Assembly (NCBI GenBank): GCA_005116745.1
Contig: SWDS01000006.1
Span: 473,708 to 537,707, forward strand
DNA from: Nitrospira sp.
GTDB lineage: Bacteria > Nitrospirota > Nitrospiria > Nitrospirales > Nitrospiraceae
Reading direction: 5' to 3'
Length of the DNA: 64,000 nt
Under the pieces are notes generated by a model, which was not told where the DNA came from, did not search any database, and worked only from the letters and a program-made list of their open reading frames with translations. Below, piece after piece: positions 46,000 to 55,717 of this stretch. How positions within the stretch are numbered: position 1 is the stretch's first letter; every line of letters begins with the position of its first letter. The position numbers were made by a program, and so were the translations under genes.

Positions 46000-46570
46000 G
46001 GCGGTTTCAAGTTCCAAGTGCAACGGGTGAATGGGAGCGGAGTTCCGCATAAACTTCCAGGGGCGTCGCAAAATTAAGACATTTTCGCGGGCGCGTGTTC
46101 AGCCGATGGGCAATGGCGTTCAACTCGCGCTGCGTGTAGCCCGACAAGTCCGTGCCCTTCGGCAAGTACTGGCGCAGCAACCCGTTGGTATTCTCGTTGG
46201 TGCCGCGTTGCCAGGGACTATGCGGATCGGCAAAAAAGATCTGAAGCGCACGCCGCTGAGCCAACTGCTCATGCTCGGCCATCTCTTTGCCCCGATCGTA
46301 CGTCAGGGTTTTGCGCAGTGCGGCGGGTACGTGCCGGAGTGTCTTCGTGAAGCCCTGGCGGGCACTCGTCGCATCCGTCCCCTCCATCCGAGCTAGGATG
46401 ACCAGGCGCGTCGTCCGCTCGACCAGCGTACCGATGGCCGACGTATTGCGAGCCCCCTTGAGGAGGTCGCCTTCCCAGTGGCCGGGCACCGTGCGGGTCG
46501 CCACCTCGGCTGGACGTGCGTCAAACCTTAGCCCAGTTGGGCCGGTCGTGTTGCACTTGGAGTTAGAACC
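46000..46570 (-). mobile_element. Internally deleted IS30-family element
   Basis: IR at 46000-46024 (GGCGGTTTCAAGTTCCAAGTGCAAC) and a related opposite IR at 46550-46570 (GGTTCTAACTCCAAGTGCAAC on the minus strand); only the 3' part of the transposase lies between them. Confidence 0.8.
46007..46528 (-). pseudogene. IS30 transposase, C-terminal DDE fragment
   Basis: RPAEV..R.VPGHWEGD, LVER.TR, TLTYDRG.EM, FADP.SPWQRGTNENTNGLLRQYLPKG, LN.RPRKCL. The N-terminal HTH is missing; the ORF-track TTG start at 46651 lies outside the element. Confidence 0.9.
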
Positions 46571-46602
46571 TAAGCAGGTATTTATCGTCAGTTTGAAAGA
46601 AG

Positions 46603-46645
46603 AGTGGGGGGTGAGCGTCCGCCGAATGCGGAGCTCACCCCCACT
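46603..46645 (-). terminator. Intrinsic terminator of tal
   Basis: Stem AGTGGGGGTGAGC...GCTCACCCCC(C)ACT followed by CTTCTTTC on the minus strand, immediately after the tal stop. Confidence 0.75.
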
Positions 46646-46654
46646 AGACAACTA

Positions 46655-47302
46655 CTACTGCTGCCCCTTCGCCTTCCAGTCGTCCAAAAACTTCTTCAGC
46701 CCAGCATCGGTCAGTGGATGTTTGAAGAGCATTTGAAACACACTGTAGGGCATTGTGCAGATGTGACCGCCTGCTAATGCCGCCTCGACGACGTGCTGCG
46801 GATGGCGCACGCTTGCCACTAATACCAAGGTCTTGTAGTCATAGTTTTTATAGATCGTTAAGATTTGTCGAATGAGCTCCATGCCGTTTGTGCTGATATC
46901 GTCGAGCCGTCCGATAAAAGGCGAGACGCACCAGGCGCCAGCTTTGGCCGCCAGCAGTGCCTGTGTCGGTGAAAAACAGAGGGTCACGTTCACTTTGATT
47001 CCCTCGGCCGCCAGGCGCTTCGTGGCTTTGAGGCCTTCTGGAATCAGCGGGCACTTGACCACGATGTTCTTGTGGATCTTGGCGAGCTCTTTACCTTCCT
47101 TCACCATGGCGTCAGCTTCCACACTCACAACCTCAGCGCTGATCGGTCCATCCACAATCTTGCAGACTTCTTCCAGCATTTCCCTGAAACTTCGGCCCTC
47201 CTTGACGACCAGGGAAGGATTCGTGGTCACGCCATCGAGTAATCCGAGGCTTGCCGCTTCATGGATTTCCTTGACGTTGGCTGTATCGAGATAGATTTTC
47301 AT
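46655..47302 (-). CDS. tal: Transaldolase (TalC/FSA family)
   Basis: [56 protein letters not shown]. Confidence 0.96.
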   Translation of the reverse strand: MKIYLDTANVKEIHEAASLGLLDGVTTNPSLVVKEGRSFREMLEEVCKIVDGPISAEVVSVEADAMVKEGKELAKIHKNIVVKCPLIPEGLKATKRLAAEGIKVNVTLCFSPTQALLAAKAGAWCVSPFIGRLDDISTNGMELIRQILTIYKNYDYKTLVLVASVRHPQHVVEAALAGGHICTMPYSVFQMLFKHPLTDAGLKKFLDDWKAKGQQ

Positions 47303-47471
47303 AATGGTCCCTTTCCTAGCGAAGAGATCGTGAGGTGATACTCTCTATTATCGGTCATTCTATGGAGAACTCAACGTCACTGCAAGAAGTTGATACGAAA
47401 GTTTGACAGGCTTTCGGGCGGGGGATAGAATTTTGCGGCTCACAGTACCCATTGGCCTTAGAGGAGCTATC

Positions 47472-47786
47472 ATGATGCAACGATTTGTCTGGTTGCTGCT
47501 TTTCTCCCTGATCATTCCAGGCTGTTCAGGGAAGAACCCCTATCTTGAGGCATCGCTGAAACCGGCCGAGCTTCAAGGAAAAGATAAAGGCTGGTTCGAA
47601 AAGAACTGGGGTTCTCCAGACGGCAAGGCCTCCAGGTTTTTTGGTGGAGAGACCTGGACCTACTATCGTATCGCTGGCGGAAAATCAGGACCTCCATTCT
47701 TTAATTTCTCTCCCAATCAATGTCAGATCACCCTCAAGTTTGACAAAGAGGAGAAACTTTCTGACTACACCTACTCTGGCTGCTAG
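47472..47786 (+). CDS. Small lipoprotein (SmpA/BamE-like fold possible)
   Basis: Lipobox IPG-C; G.P...W.YY pattern; GAGGAG RBS. Confidence 0.75.
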   Translation: MMQRFVWLLLFSLIIPGCSGKNPYLEASLKPAELQGKDKGWFEKNWGSPDGKASRFFGGETWTYYRIAGGKSGPPFFNFSPNQCQITLKFDKEEKLSDYTYSGC

Positions 47787-47858
47787 CCAACTTATTGTTG
47801 AAACTACTGGCGTATTTCTTCCACGATAACAAGTTCAGGTAGCGTCTAAATACATCTG

Positions 47859-48131
47859 TTAGACGGGGTGCTCACTCCGAAACCTCGCCGCACACTCCGG
47901 GCCGCAAAAACAGTACTCACGGGTACCGATTGTCTCGATCACGGCGATTCGCTTTGGGACGAATATGTGGCACACTGGATCCTCGACCATCTGATCTTGT
48001 TCTTCATCTTGGACTGGTACAGGCGATTTCTTCTGGCCATCCTCAATCGGCTTGTTGAATCCACGAAATATTTGTCGGAGCAGGAAGTAGAGGGCTGTGA
48101 AAAGCAAAATAGCTAGGATTAATCTATACAT
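47859..48131 (-). CDS. YHS/TRASH-domain small membrane protein
   Basis: TM helix, then DPVC..FV...YCFCGPEC...F. Confidence 0.8.
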   Translation of the reverse strand: MYRLILAILLFTALYFLLRQIFRGFNKPIEDGQKKSPVPVQDEEQDQMVEDPVCHIFVPKRIAVIETIGTREYCFCGPECAARFRSEHPV

Positions 48132-48332
48132 AGTGGGATATCCAATTGTGGACCACAATCCTATGCGAGTAGGGTAGGCCTGTCAAGAATAGACCTGTTG
48201 CAGATCGTAAATCAGACCGATGAATAATGCGCAAATGGCCTACGATACTAGGTCTCATTGGGACTCTTGTCAGTGCCATCCAGTACTTCAGGAGTATTGG
48301 TTTCTCAATTCTATGGTGCTACAGTGCCGACC

Positions 48333-48485
48333 ATGAAGACATGCGATAAATGCCATGGTGCGATGTTACCGGAACGGGCGGTGGATTTGGACGCCGGGCT
48401 TGCGATCACTGTGTTTGCCTGTTTGAACTGTGGTCGTCGGAAAGCAGCGGACCAGGAACCTCGACCGATTACGGCTCGTCACTAA
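48333..48485 (+). CDS. Small Zn-ribbon protein (50 aa)
   Basis: MKTCDKC.G.M...CLNCG; CxxC-x22-CxxC. Confidence 0.6.
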   Translation: MKTCDKCHGAMLPERAVDLDAGLAITVFACLNCGRRKAADQEPRPITARH

Positions 48486-48855
48486 TCCCTTCCTGTCAGA
48501 CTCCAAACCACTACCTACTGACGAGTGGGAAGGTTGTGAGGTCAGATTTGATCTCAGCGCCTTCTAGCTTACTGTGGGGAATGGGCTGCTCTGGAGGTAG
48601 CCATCGGTGGCTACTCTTTGAACAGCAGTGGCTAGGCAGAAGCGAGCCATGAATTCTGGCGTCATGGCCCATTCCTTCTTCCCTCAGAATCGGTAACGGA
48701 TTCAAAGTCGTCAGCTAGAAGCACTCCCTACTTCAGTGAGCCACAGCATACCCGAATATCCTGGGGGAGGGTGTTGCATGGCTGCATCTCACCCGTGCAT
48801 TCATTGAAGGCGTAGGCATCAAGTGGATCGATGCCGAAGCGCAGTTGGAAGATGC

Positions 48856-49659
48856 TCAACGAAGGTTCAAAACATCCATCATATCGTATAAACCAGGCGG
48901 TTGGCGGACGACCCACCTGGCGGCTCGCAGGGCTCCGATGGCGAACGTATCCCGGCTACTGGCCCGATGGGTGACCTCGATTCGTTCCCCCATGCCACCA
49001 AACAGAATCGTATGGTCGCCGACGATATCACCGGCGCGAATAGTTTGTATCCCGATTTCTGTTTTCGTTCGTTCTCCGATCAGTCCCTTGCGGGCATAGA
49101 CTCCGACTTGGTCCAAGTTTCGGCTCACCGAACGGGCGAGGACTTCAGCAATCTTGAGGGCCGTGCCGCTCGGCGCGTCCTTTTTCAGCCGGTGGTGGGC
49201 TTCAATCACTTCGATGTCGTACTCGTCCCCAAGCGTTCTGGCCATTTCGCCGATGACTTTGCAGATTAGGTTGATCCCAACACTCATGTTCGGAGAAAAG
49301 ACACAGGGAATTTGCTGGGCCAGCAACCTCAGCTCATCGAGTTGAACAGCCGAAAATCCTGTGGTTCCGATAACCATGGCCCGTCGATGGCGAGCAACGA
49401 TCCGCATATGTTCCAGTGTCGCCGAGGGCGATGAAAAATCGATCACAGCCTCCCCTCGCTCCATCAGGATGGAGAGATCATCCGTGATGGGAATGCCGGC
49501 ACGACCTGAGGCTGCAGTCTCGCCCGCATCTTCACCCAACGCCGGATGCCCTGTCCCCTCTAAGGCCCCTGCCAATGTCAAAGCCGTTGAATCTCGGATT
49601 AGTGACACTAGTCGGCAACCCATTCGGCCGGCTGCACCCGCTACAATGATCTTGATCAT
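48856..49659 (-). CDS. dapB: 4-hydroxy-tetrahydrodipicolinate reductase
   Basis: GAAGRMG, IDFS.P, IGTTG, SPNMSVG.N, E.HHR.K.DAPSGTA, RAGDIVGDH, HRA.SR..FA.GA. Confidence 0.97.
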   Translation of the reverse strand: MIKIIVAGAAGRMGCRLVSLIRDSTALTLAGALEGTGHPALGEDAGETAASGRAGIPITDDLSILMERGEAVIDFSSPSATLEHMRIVARHRRAMVIGTTGFSAVQLDELRLLAQQIPCVFSPNMSVGINLICKVIGEMARTLGDEYDIEVIEAHHRLKKDAPSGTALKIAEVLARSVSRNLDQVGVYARKGLIGERTKTEIGIQTIRAGDIVGDHTILFGGMGERIEVTHRASSRDTFAIGALRAARWVVRQPPGLYDMMDVLNLR

Positions 49660-49687
49660 CTTGTCGTATACCTAGATCTTGATTAAG

Positions 49688-50566
49688 TTAGACCAACGCC
49701 GCATCCTTGAGGACGCGAATCAATTTCTCTCGTGTGTCCTGTGCCATTGGGCAGAGTGGTAAGCGCAATTCTGGGTCAATCTTTCTCATGAGTCCTAACG
49801 CTTCTTTGACCGGAATGGGATTGGTCTCATAGAACAACGCGGCAAAGAGGGGAGAGAGCTTAAAGTGAATCCGTCGCGCTTCATCAATTCGTCCCTCGGC
49901 AAAGGCCTTCACAAGAGCGGCCATTTCCATCGGTACGATATTGGCGGTTACGGTAATCACGCCCTTTCCGCCGACTGCCATCATCGGTAACGTGAGGGAG
50001 TCGTCGCCGGCTAGCACGGTTAGGCGGTCACCGCACATCTGCACGATATCTGAGGCCTGTTGGACCGAGCCACTCCCTTCCTTGACTCCAACGATTGTCT
50101 GAATGGCTGAGAGTCTGGTGATCGTTGAGGGGAGCATGTTGACCCCAGTACGACCGGGGATATTGTACAGGATTATGGGGAGGTCCACGGCCTCTGTAAT
50201 CGCCTTGTAGTGTCGATAGAGTCCTTCCTGGGTCGGCTTATTGTAGTAGGGAGTAATAAGCAACGCGCCGTCAGCTCCGGCCTGCTTTGCATGTTTTGTG
50301 AGGGTGATGGCTTCTTCTGTGCTATTCGAACCCGTTCCGGCAATCACGGGTACCCGACGACGGACCACCTCAACCGTCAACTCAATCACCCGAGTATGCT
50401 CGCTATGAGAAAGGGTAGCCGATTCACCAGTGGTTCCACAGGGGACAATGCCGTTGGTGCCATTGGCGATCTGCCATTCGATCAACTCGGCCAAGGCGCG
50501 CTCGTCGACCTTGCCCTGTCGAAATGGCGTCACAATTGCGACAAGAGATCCAGTAAACATACTCAC
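49688..50566 (-). CDS. dapA: 4-hydroxy-tetrahydrodipicolinate synthase
   Basis: A.VTPF, CGTTGES.TL, GTGSNST, TPYYNKP, YNIPGRT, GVKE, NPIPVK. Confidence 0.97.
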   Translation of the reverse strand: MSMFTGSLVAIVTPFRQGKVDERALAELIEWQIANGTNGIVPCGTTGESATLSHSEHTRVIELTVEVVRRRVPVIAGTGSNSTEEAITLTKHAKQAGADGALLITPYYNKPTQEGLYRHYKAITEAVDLPIILYNIPGRTGVNMLPSTITRLSAIQTIVGVKEGSGSVQQASDIVQMCGDRLTVLAGDDSLTLPMMAVGGKGVITVTANIVPMEMAALVKAFAEGRIDEARRIHFKLSPLFAALFYETNPIPVKEALGLMRKIDPELRLPLCPMAQDTREKLIRVLKDAALV

Positions 50567-51834
50567 TCCGTTTCGTTGAGGAAGGACGGAATTCTCTCGC
50601 CGCGTACGAGGTCGTCGTATGTTTCTCGCTCGCGAATCACGTGAAACTCTCCACCCTTGACGAGCACTTCCGGTACGCGGGGTCGAGAGTTATAATTCGA
50701 CGCCATCACAAAGCCATACGCTCCCGCACTCATGACTGCCAACAACTCACCAGGCTTGGTGCTAGGCAGCGATCGATCCTTGGCCAGAAAATCACCCGAT
50801 TCACAGACCGGCCCAACAATGTCCACTGTCTGTCTGGTCCGATGGAGGGCGTCTTCATTCACTGGACGAATTTCGTGGTAGGCGCCGTACAGGCTGGGCC
50901 GAAGTAAATCGTTCATGGCGGCGTCGACGATCACGAAGTGCTTCGTCTCACCGGCCTTCTCGTACAATGCCTTGGTCACCAGGATGCCAGCGTTGCCCAC
51001 GATGACGCGTCCGGGTTCCATGACCAGTGTCAACCCCAAATCTTTGACAAGCGGCGAAATCGCATTTGCCAGGTCTTGGGGCGAAGGGGGCTTCTCCTCG
51101 GAATAGGTAATACCGAGTCCGCCTCCGATGTTCAGGTAGCGGATGGTGATGCCCTGGCTTTTCAGTGTATGGATGAGCGTCACGACCTTCTTCAGCGAAT
51201 CGACGAACGGCGTCACCTCCGTCAACTGCGAGCCGATGTGGGCGTGGACACCGACGACGTCAATATGGTCCAGAGAGGACGCCATCTTGTATTCTTCCAG
51301 CGCGCGATCCGACGCGATGCCAAATTTGCTCTTCTTCATCCCCGTCGAGATGTAGGGGTGGGTTTTGGGATCCACGTCCGGATTAATCCGCAACGCGATG
51401 CGCGCCTTTTTCCCGACCGACGCCGCGACCTCGTTGATTGCATGAATCTCAGCCGACGACTCAACATTGAACATGAGAACATCGGCCTTCAGCGCGTCGC
51501 GGATTTCATCCGGCGATTTACCGACGCCGGCAAACACGATTTTGGAAGCAGGCACCCCGGCTTTGAGGGCTCGGAACAGCTCGCCGCCCGACACGATGTC
51601 CGCGCCGCTGCCTTCCTTGGCCATCAGGCGAAGGATGGCCAGATTGGAATTGGCCTTCATCGCAAACGCGATGACGTGCGGGATATTCTTGAAGGCACTG
51701 TCATAGGCGTGGAAATGCCGGACGAGTGTCTCATGGCTATAGATATAGCAGGGAGTGCCGAGTTCATTCGCCATGCGGCTGACGGGTACCTGTTCACAAT
51801 ACAATTCACCGTGGTGGTACTCAAAACTATTCAT
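50563..51834 (-). CDS. lysA: Diaminopimelate decarboxylase
   Basis: GTPCYIY, AMKANSN, D.VSGGE, KSKFG, H.HIGSQ, GGGLG, EPGR, GPVCESGD, GAYG..M.SNYNSRPR. Confidence 0.97.
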   Translation of the reverse strand: MNSFEYHHGELYCEQVPVSRMANELGTPCYIYSHETLVRHFHAYDSAFKNIPHVIAFAMKANSNLAILRLMAKEGSGADIVSGGELFRALKAGVPASKIVFAGVGKSPDEIRDALKADVLMFNVESSAEIHAINEVAASVGKKARIALRINPDVDPKTHPYISTGMKKSKFGIASDRALEEYKMASSLDHIDVVGVHAHIGSQLTEVTPFVDSLKKVVTLIHTLKSQGITIRYLNIGGGLGITYSEEKPPSPQDLANAISPLVKDLGLTLVMEPGRVIVGNAGILVTKALYEKAGETKHFVIVDAAMNDLLRPSLYGAYHEIRPVNEDALHRTRQTVDIVGPVCESGDFLAKDRSLPSTKPGELLAVMSAGAYGFVMASNYNSRPRVPEVLVKGGEFHVIRERETYDDLVRGERIPSFLNETE

Positions 51835-51880
51835 CGCTTAGTTCCTAGTGTTAATCCGATAGTCTCAGGCCCAACACCGC

Positions 51881-52108
51881 TTATCGTATTCCGATCGGCT
51901 GCGATGGAGGGAGGTCCGTCTCATGGCCTCCCAGGGTAGGGTCCGGTTCAGCCGACTCTGTTGCCTGCCGCTCTGCCTCGATGGCATGTTGCCGTTTCTG
52001 TTTGGCGATCGTAGGCGCAACTCCGATGAGTTCCGGGGCGACCGGTGTTCCCACCACCCCGCAAGAAATCAGAAGCCCTGCCGATGCGATTACGAGGAAT
52101 GCTCTCAT
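51881..52108 (-). CDS. Small lipoprotein (LptM/YifL-like position, upstream of lysA)
   Basis: Lipobox LIS-C, then GVVGTPVAP; conserved argH-lipoprotein-lysA position; overlaps the argH stop. Confidence 0.7.
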   Translation of the reverse strand: MRAFLVIASAGLLISCGVVGTPVAPELIGVAPTIAKQKRQHAIEAERQATESAEPDPTLGGHETDLPPSQPIGIR

Positions 52109-53517
52109 GACAGTAATCGCTCAAGCTCTTTGATCCGCTGCTCAACTCGCCCTCGGGCGGTCCCGCCGATTTGTCCCTTATGATCGATTGCCGCGACGGT
52201 CGTCAGCCAAGCAAATACCGTCTTATCGATCCGTTCACAAAATGCTTGTAACTCTTTCAGCGAAAAATCCGTGATGTCACGTCCACCATCAAGCGCCGCC
52301 CGTACGATCCGTCCGGTGATCCCGTGGGCTTCGCGAAAAGGCACGCCTCTCATGACCAAGTAGTCAGCCAGTTCTGTCGCGAGTAGGCCACCCCCTTGCA
52401 ACGCTCGCGTGAGGGCCTCTCCGTTGACTGTCAGTCGGCGCATCAATTCCGTCATCACTTGGAGCGAGGCCGCTACGGTATCAAGGGCGTCAAAGAGCGC
52501 CGGTTTGTCTTCTTGCAAATCTCGATTGTAACTTAACGGCAGAGCCTTGAGCAGGGTCAGCAGATTGACGAGGTGGCCGTAGACGCGTCCGGTCTTTCCT
52601 CGGACCAACTCAGGGATGTCTGGGTTCTTCTTCTGCGGCATCATGCTGCTTCCTGTGCAGAAGGCGTCCGGCAGATCAACGAACTGAAATTCCTGTGAGG
52701 CCCACACAATCAATTCTTCGCTGAGCCGAGACAAATGCATCATCACAATCGAGAGGGCGGAGGCCACTTCGATCATGAAATCACGGTCAGAAACCGCATC
52801 CATGCTGTTCAGGGTGACGGCAGGAAAGCCCAGCAGTTCAGCGGTGTATCGCCGGTTTACCGGATAGTTCGTGCCCGCCAAGGCGCCGGACCCCAGCGGC
52901 ATGACATTGAGCCGGCCTCTTGCATCGCGGAGTCGGCCCTTGTCTCGTTCGAGCATCTCCACGTAGGCCAATAGGTGGTGCGCAAAGAGGACCGGCTGGG
53001 CACGTTGTAAGTGAGTATACCCGGGCATCATGAGGGTGCGGTTCGCAGCGGCCTGCGCCACCAGCACGCGTTGAAAGTCAGTTAATTGTCCGTGCAGCTC
53101 ATCCAGCTGTGTGCGCAGGTACAGTCGAATATCCAATGCTACCTGGTCATTCCGGCTGCGCCCCGTGTGAAGCTTGCCTCCCAATGGGCCGATCATTTCG
53201 GTCAACCGTCGCTCAATCGCCATGTGAATATCTTCGTCGTGAGGGGAGAAAGCGAATTGGCCGCGGTCCAGCTCCTGCTTCACTGATTCCAGCCCGCGCA
53301 CGATGGCACGCGTTTCTGTCCGTGTGAGGACCCGGGCCTTCTCGAGTGTCTTGCAATGGGCGATGCTCCCGGTGATGTCTTCGCCATAGAGCCGACTATC
53401 GATGGTCACCGACCTGGTAAACGCTTCGACCAATTGGTCGGTCTTCTCTCGAAACCGACCGTCCCAGGCCTTTCCAGCACCGCCGACTGACGTCTGAGCA
53501 TTCCTGCGCTTGGCCAT
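52105..53517 (-). CDS. argH: Argininosuccinate lyase
   Basis: W.GRF, EDIH..IE, LHTGRSRNDQV, PGYTHLQRAQP, GSSMMPQKKNPD, YNRDLQEDK. Confidence 0.98.
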   Translation of the reverse strand: MAKRRNAQTSVGGAGKAWDGRFREKTDQLVEAFTRSVTIDSRLYGEDITGSIAHCKTLEKARVLTRTETRAIVRGLESVKQELDRGQFAFSPHDEDIHMAIERRLTEMIGPLGGKLHTGRSRNDQVALDIRLYLRTQLDELHGQLTDFQRVLVAQAAANRTLMMPGYTHLQRAQPVLFAHHLLAYVEMLERDKGRLRDARGRLNVMPLGSGALAGTNYPVNRRYTAELLGFPAVTLNSMDAVSDRDFMIEVASALSIVMMHLSRLSEELIVWASQEFQFVDLPDAFCTGSSMMPQKKNPDIPELVRGKTGRVYGHLVNLLTLLKALPLSYNRDLQEDKPALFDALDTVAASLQVMTELMRRLTVNGEALTRALQGGGLLATELADYLVMRGVPFREAHGITGRIVRAALDGGRDITDFSLKELQAFCERIDKTVFAWLTTVAAIDHKGQIGGTARGRVEQRIKELERLLS

Positions 53518-54731
53518 CAGGACGAGGCTTTCTTTCTCTGTGCGCGAATCTTCAGCCGCAAGGCATTCAGCCGGATGAAGCCTTCTGCGTCCTTCTGGTT
53601 ATACACCTCATCTTCCTCGAAGGTGGCGATGTCGAGTCGATAGAGTGACTGTTTCGATTTACGTCCTGCTAGGGTGCAGCTTCCCTTATAGAGTTTGACC
53701 CGTGCGATGCCGCTGACGTCTTTTTGTGCCTCATCGATAGCGGTCTGTATCATTTCGCGCTCAGGGCTGAACCAATATCCGTTGTAGATCAGATCCGCAA
53801 ATCGTGGGATCAAACTGTCGCGGAAGTGAAGGACCTCGCGGTCCATCGTCAGGGATTCAAGTCCGCGATGAGCCACGTGTAGAATCGTCCCTCCCGGCGT
53901 TTCATACACACCGCGAGACTTCATCCCAACGTAGCGGTTTTCCACCAAATCGACCCGGCCGATCCCGTGTGCGCCACCTAGTTTATTGAGATGGGCAAGT
54001 AAGGTCGCAGGACTCATTTTCTTGCCATCGACTGCGACGGGATTGCCGGCTTGATACGCGATCTCCACTTCCAATGGCTTGTTCGGGGCCTTCTCCGGCG
54101 AAACAGTCAGCTGGAATATTTCATCCGGTGGTGATTTCCAGGGGTCCTCCAGAATGCCGCCTTCATAACTAATATGAAACAGATTTGGGTCTGTGCTGTA
54201 GGGTTTGGCTTTGGTCGCGGTCACCGGAATGCCGTGGCGATCGGCATACTCGATCAATTCACGCCGGGATCGCATGGTCCATTCCCGCCAAGGCGCAATA
54301 ATCTTGAGATTCGGCGCGAGGGCCATGTAGGTCAACTCGAAGCGCACCTGGTCGTTGCCCTTCCCTGTGGAGCCGTGCGACACCGCTTCGGCGCCCTCTT
54401 TGAGCGCAATTTCAGCCTGACGACGAGCGATCAGCGGGCGAGCGATCGACGTCCCCAGGAGGTAACAACCTTCGTACATCGCATTTCCTCGCAACATCGG
54501 GAACACATAGTCCTTGACGAAGGTCTCACGGAGATCCTCGACATAGACCTTCTTGACGCCGAGCGCCTGTGCCTTGACCTTGACGGCCTTGAGGTCTTCG
54601 CCCTGGCCGAGGTCGGCGCAGAACGCGATGATCTCGGCCTGATAGGTTTCTTGCAGCCACTTGAGGATGACGGATGTATCCAGTCCGCCGGAATAGGCCA
54701 GGACGATTTTCTTGATCGATGTTGGCTTCAT
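53517..54731 (-). CDS. argG: Argininosuccinate synthase
   Basis: [51 protein letters not shown]. True start is ATG 54731; the ORF track over-extends to 55286. Confidence 0.98.
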   Translation of the reverse strand: MKPTSIKKIVLAYSGGLDTSVILKWLQETYQAEIIAFCADLGQGEDLKAVKVKAQALGVKKVYVEDLRETFVKDYVFPMLRGNAMYEGCYLLGTSIARPLIARRQAEIALKEGAEAVSHGSTGKGNDQVRFELTYMALAPNLKIIAPWREWTMRSRRELIEYADRHGIPVTATKAKPYSTDPNLFHISYEGGILEDPWKSPPDEIFQLTVSPEKAPNKPLEVEIAYQAGNPVAVDGKKMSPATLLAHLNKLGGAHGIGRVDLVENRYVGMKSRGVYETPGGTILHVAHRGLESLTMDREVLHFRDSLIPRFADLIYNGYWFSPEREMIQTAIDEAQKDVSGIARVKLYKGSCTLAGRKSKQSLYRLDIATFEEDEVYNQKDAEGFIRLNALRLKIRAQRKKASS

Positions 54732-54739
54732 GGTGGATC

Positions 54740-55717
54740 CTACTCGGTATGTGTCTTCTGGTTGAGCAGTTGGGTCAAGATTGCCTTCTGCATATGCAGG
54801 CGATTTTCTGCTTGATCGATGACGACGGACTGTGGGCCGTCCAGTACATCCGCCGTAATCTCTTCTCCGCGATGAGCCGGCAAGCAATGCATGACGATGG
54901 CGTCGGGTTTCGCCCGTTGCAGCAATCGCTTGTTCAGCTGATAGGGGGCGAGCGTCCGCAATCGTCGAGCCTGCTCCCGCTCGCGGCCCATGCTGATCCA
55001 TACGTCGGTATACACCACATCGGCTTCTTTCACGGCAACGAGAGGATTCTCCAGCACCTCGATGGACGCACCGGTGGTGTGCCCTTCCATTCTCGCACGA
55101 TCGATCACCCGCTGATCCGGCTGATAGCCGGACGGGCATCCGATCACGACGCGCATGCCGACCTTCGCCCCTGCTTCGATGAGCGAGTTGGCCACGTTGT
55201 TTCCATCGCCGATGTAGGCCAGGCTGAGTCCCTTGAGCCGGCCCTTGATCTCTTGAATCGTCATCAAGTCGGACAACGCCTGACAAGGATGGCTATGGTC
55301 GGTCAGCCCGTTAATCACCGGCATCGTGGCTTCTGTCGCCCACTCTTCAACAATCGCATGGTCATAGGTACGGATCACGATCCCGTCTAGGTAACGAGAC
55401 AAGACGCGTGCTGTGTCTGAGACCGTCTCCCCGCGGGAGAGTTGAATGTCGCTCATGGGAAGGATCATCGCATGGCCGCCGAGCTGGTTCATCCCCGCCT
55501 CGAACGACACGCGCGTCCTCGTCGACGGTTTTTGAAACAGCAATCCTAATGTCTTCCCGGGCAGGAGCCGATGTGGAGCGCCGTGACGCTGCTTTGTCTT
55601 CAAAGACGTCGCCAAACGCAATAAGTCGAGGACCTGCTGTCGTGACAGCGTCGCGACGTCGAGCAAGTCCTTGGCATAGCGCGTGCGGCGTATTCTTTGT
55701 CGGGCTGAGAGCGCCAT
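54740..55717 (-). CDS. argF: Ornithine carbamoyltransferase
   Basis: [47 protein letters not shown]. Confidence 0.98.
   Translation of the reverse strand: MALSARQRIRRTRYAKDLLDVATLSRQQVLDLLRLATSLKTKQRHGAPHRLLPGKTLGLLFQKPSTRTRVSFEAGMNQLGGHAMILPMSDIQLSRGETVSDTARVLSRYLDGIVIRTYDHAIVEEWATEATMPVINGLTDHSHPCQALSDLMTIQEIKGRLKGLSLAYIGDGNNVANSLIEAGAKVGMRVVIGCPSGYQPDQRVIDRARMEGHTTGASIEVLENPLVAVKEADVVYTDVWISMGREREQARRLRTLAPYQLNKRLLQRAKPDAIVMHCLPAHRGEEITADVLDGPQSVVIDQAENRLHMQKAILTQLLNQKTHTE

Noticed and set aside
46529-46651. N-terminal part of the 214-aa IS30 ORF
   Set aside because: The TTG start lies outside the element, and the frame runs through the tal terminator and the IR; not transposase-like.
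48700-48860. 6S RNA candidate
   Set aside because: The TTGAACC-like motif is simply the end of the dapB coding sequence, and I could not build a rod with a central bubble.
50938-51939. 333-aa plus-strand ORF
   Set aside because: Antisense shadow of lysA; no recognisable motifs.
54732-55286. 185-aa N-terminal extension on argG in the ORF track
   Set aside because: It overlaps argF in another frame; ArgG homology begins at ATG 54731.
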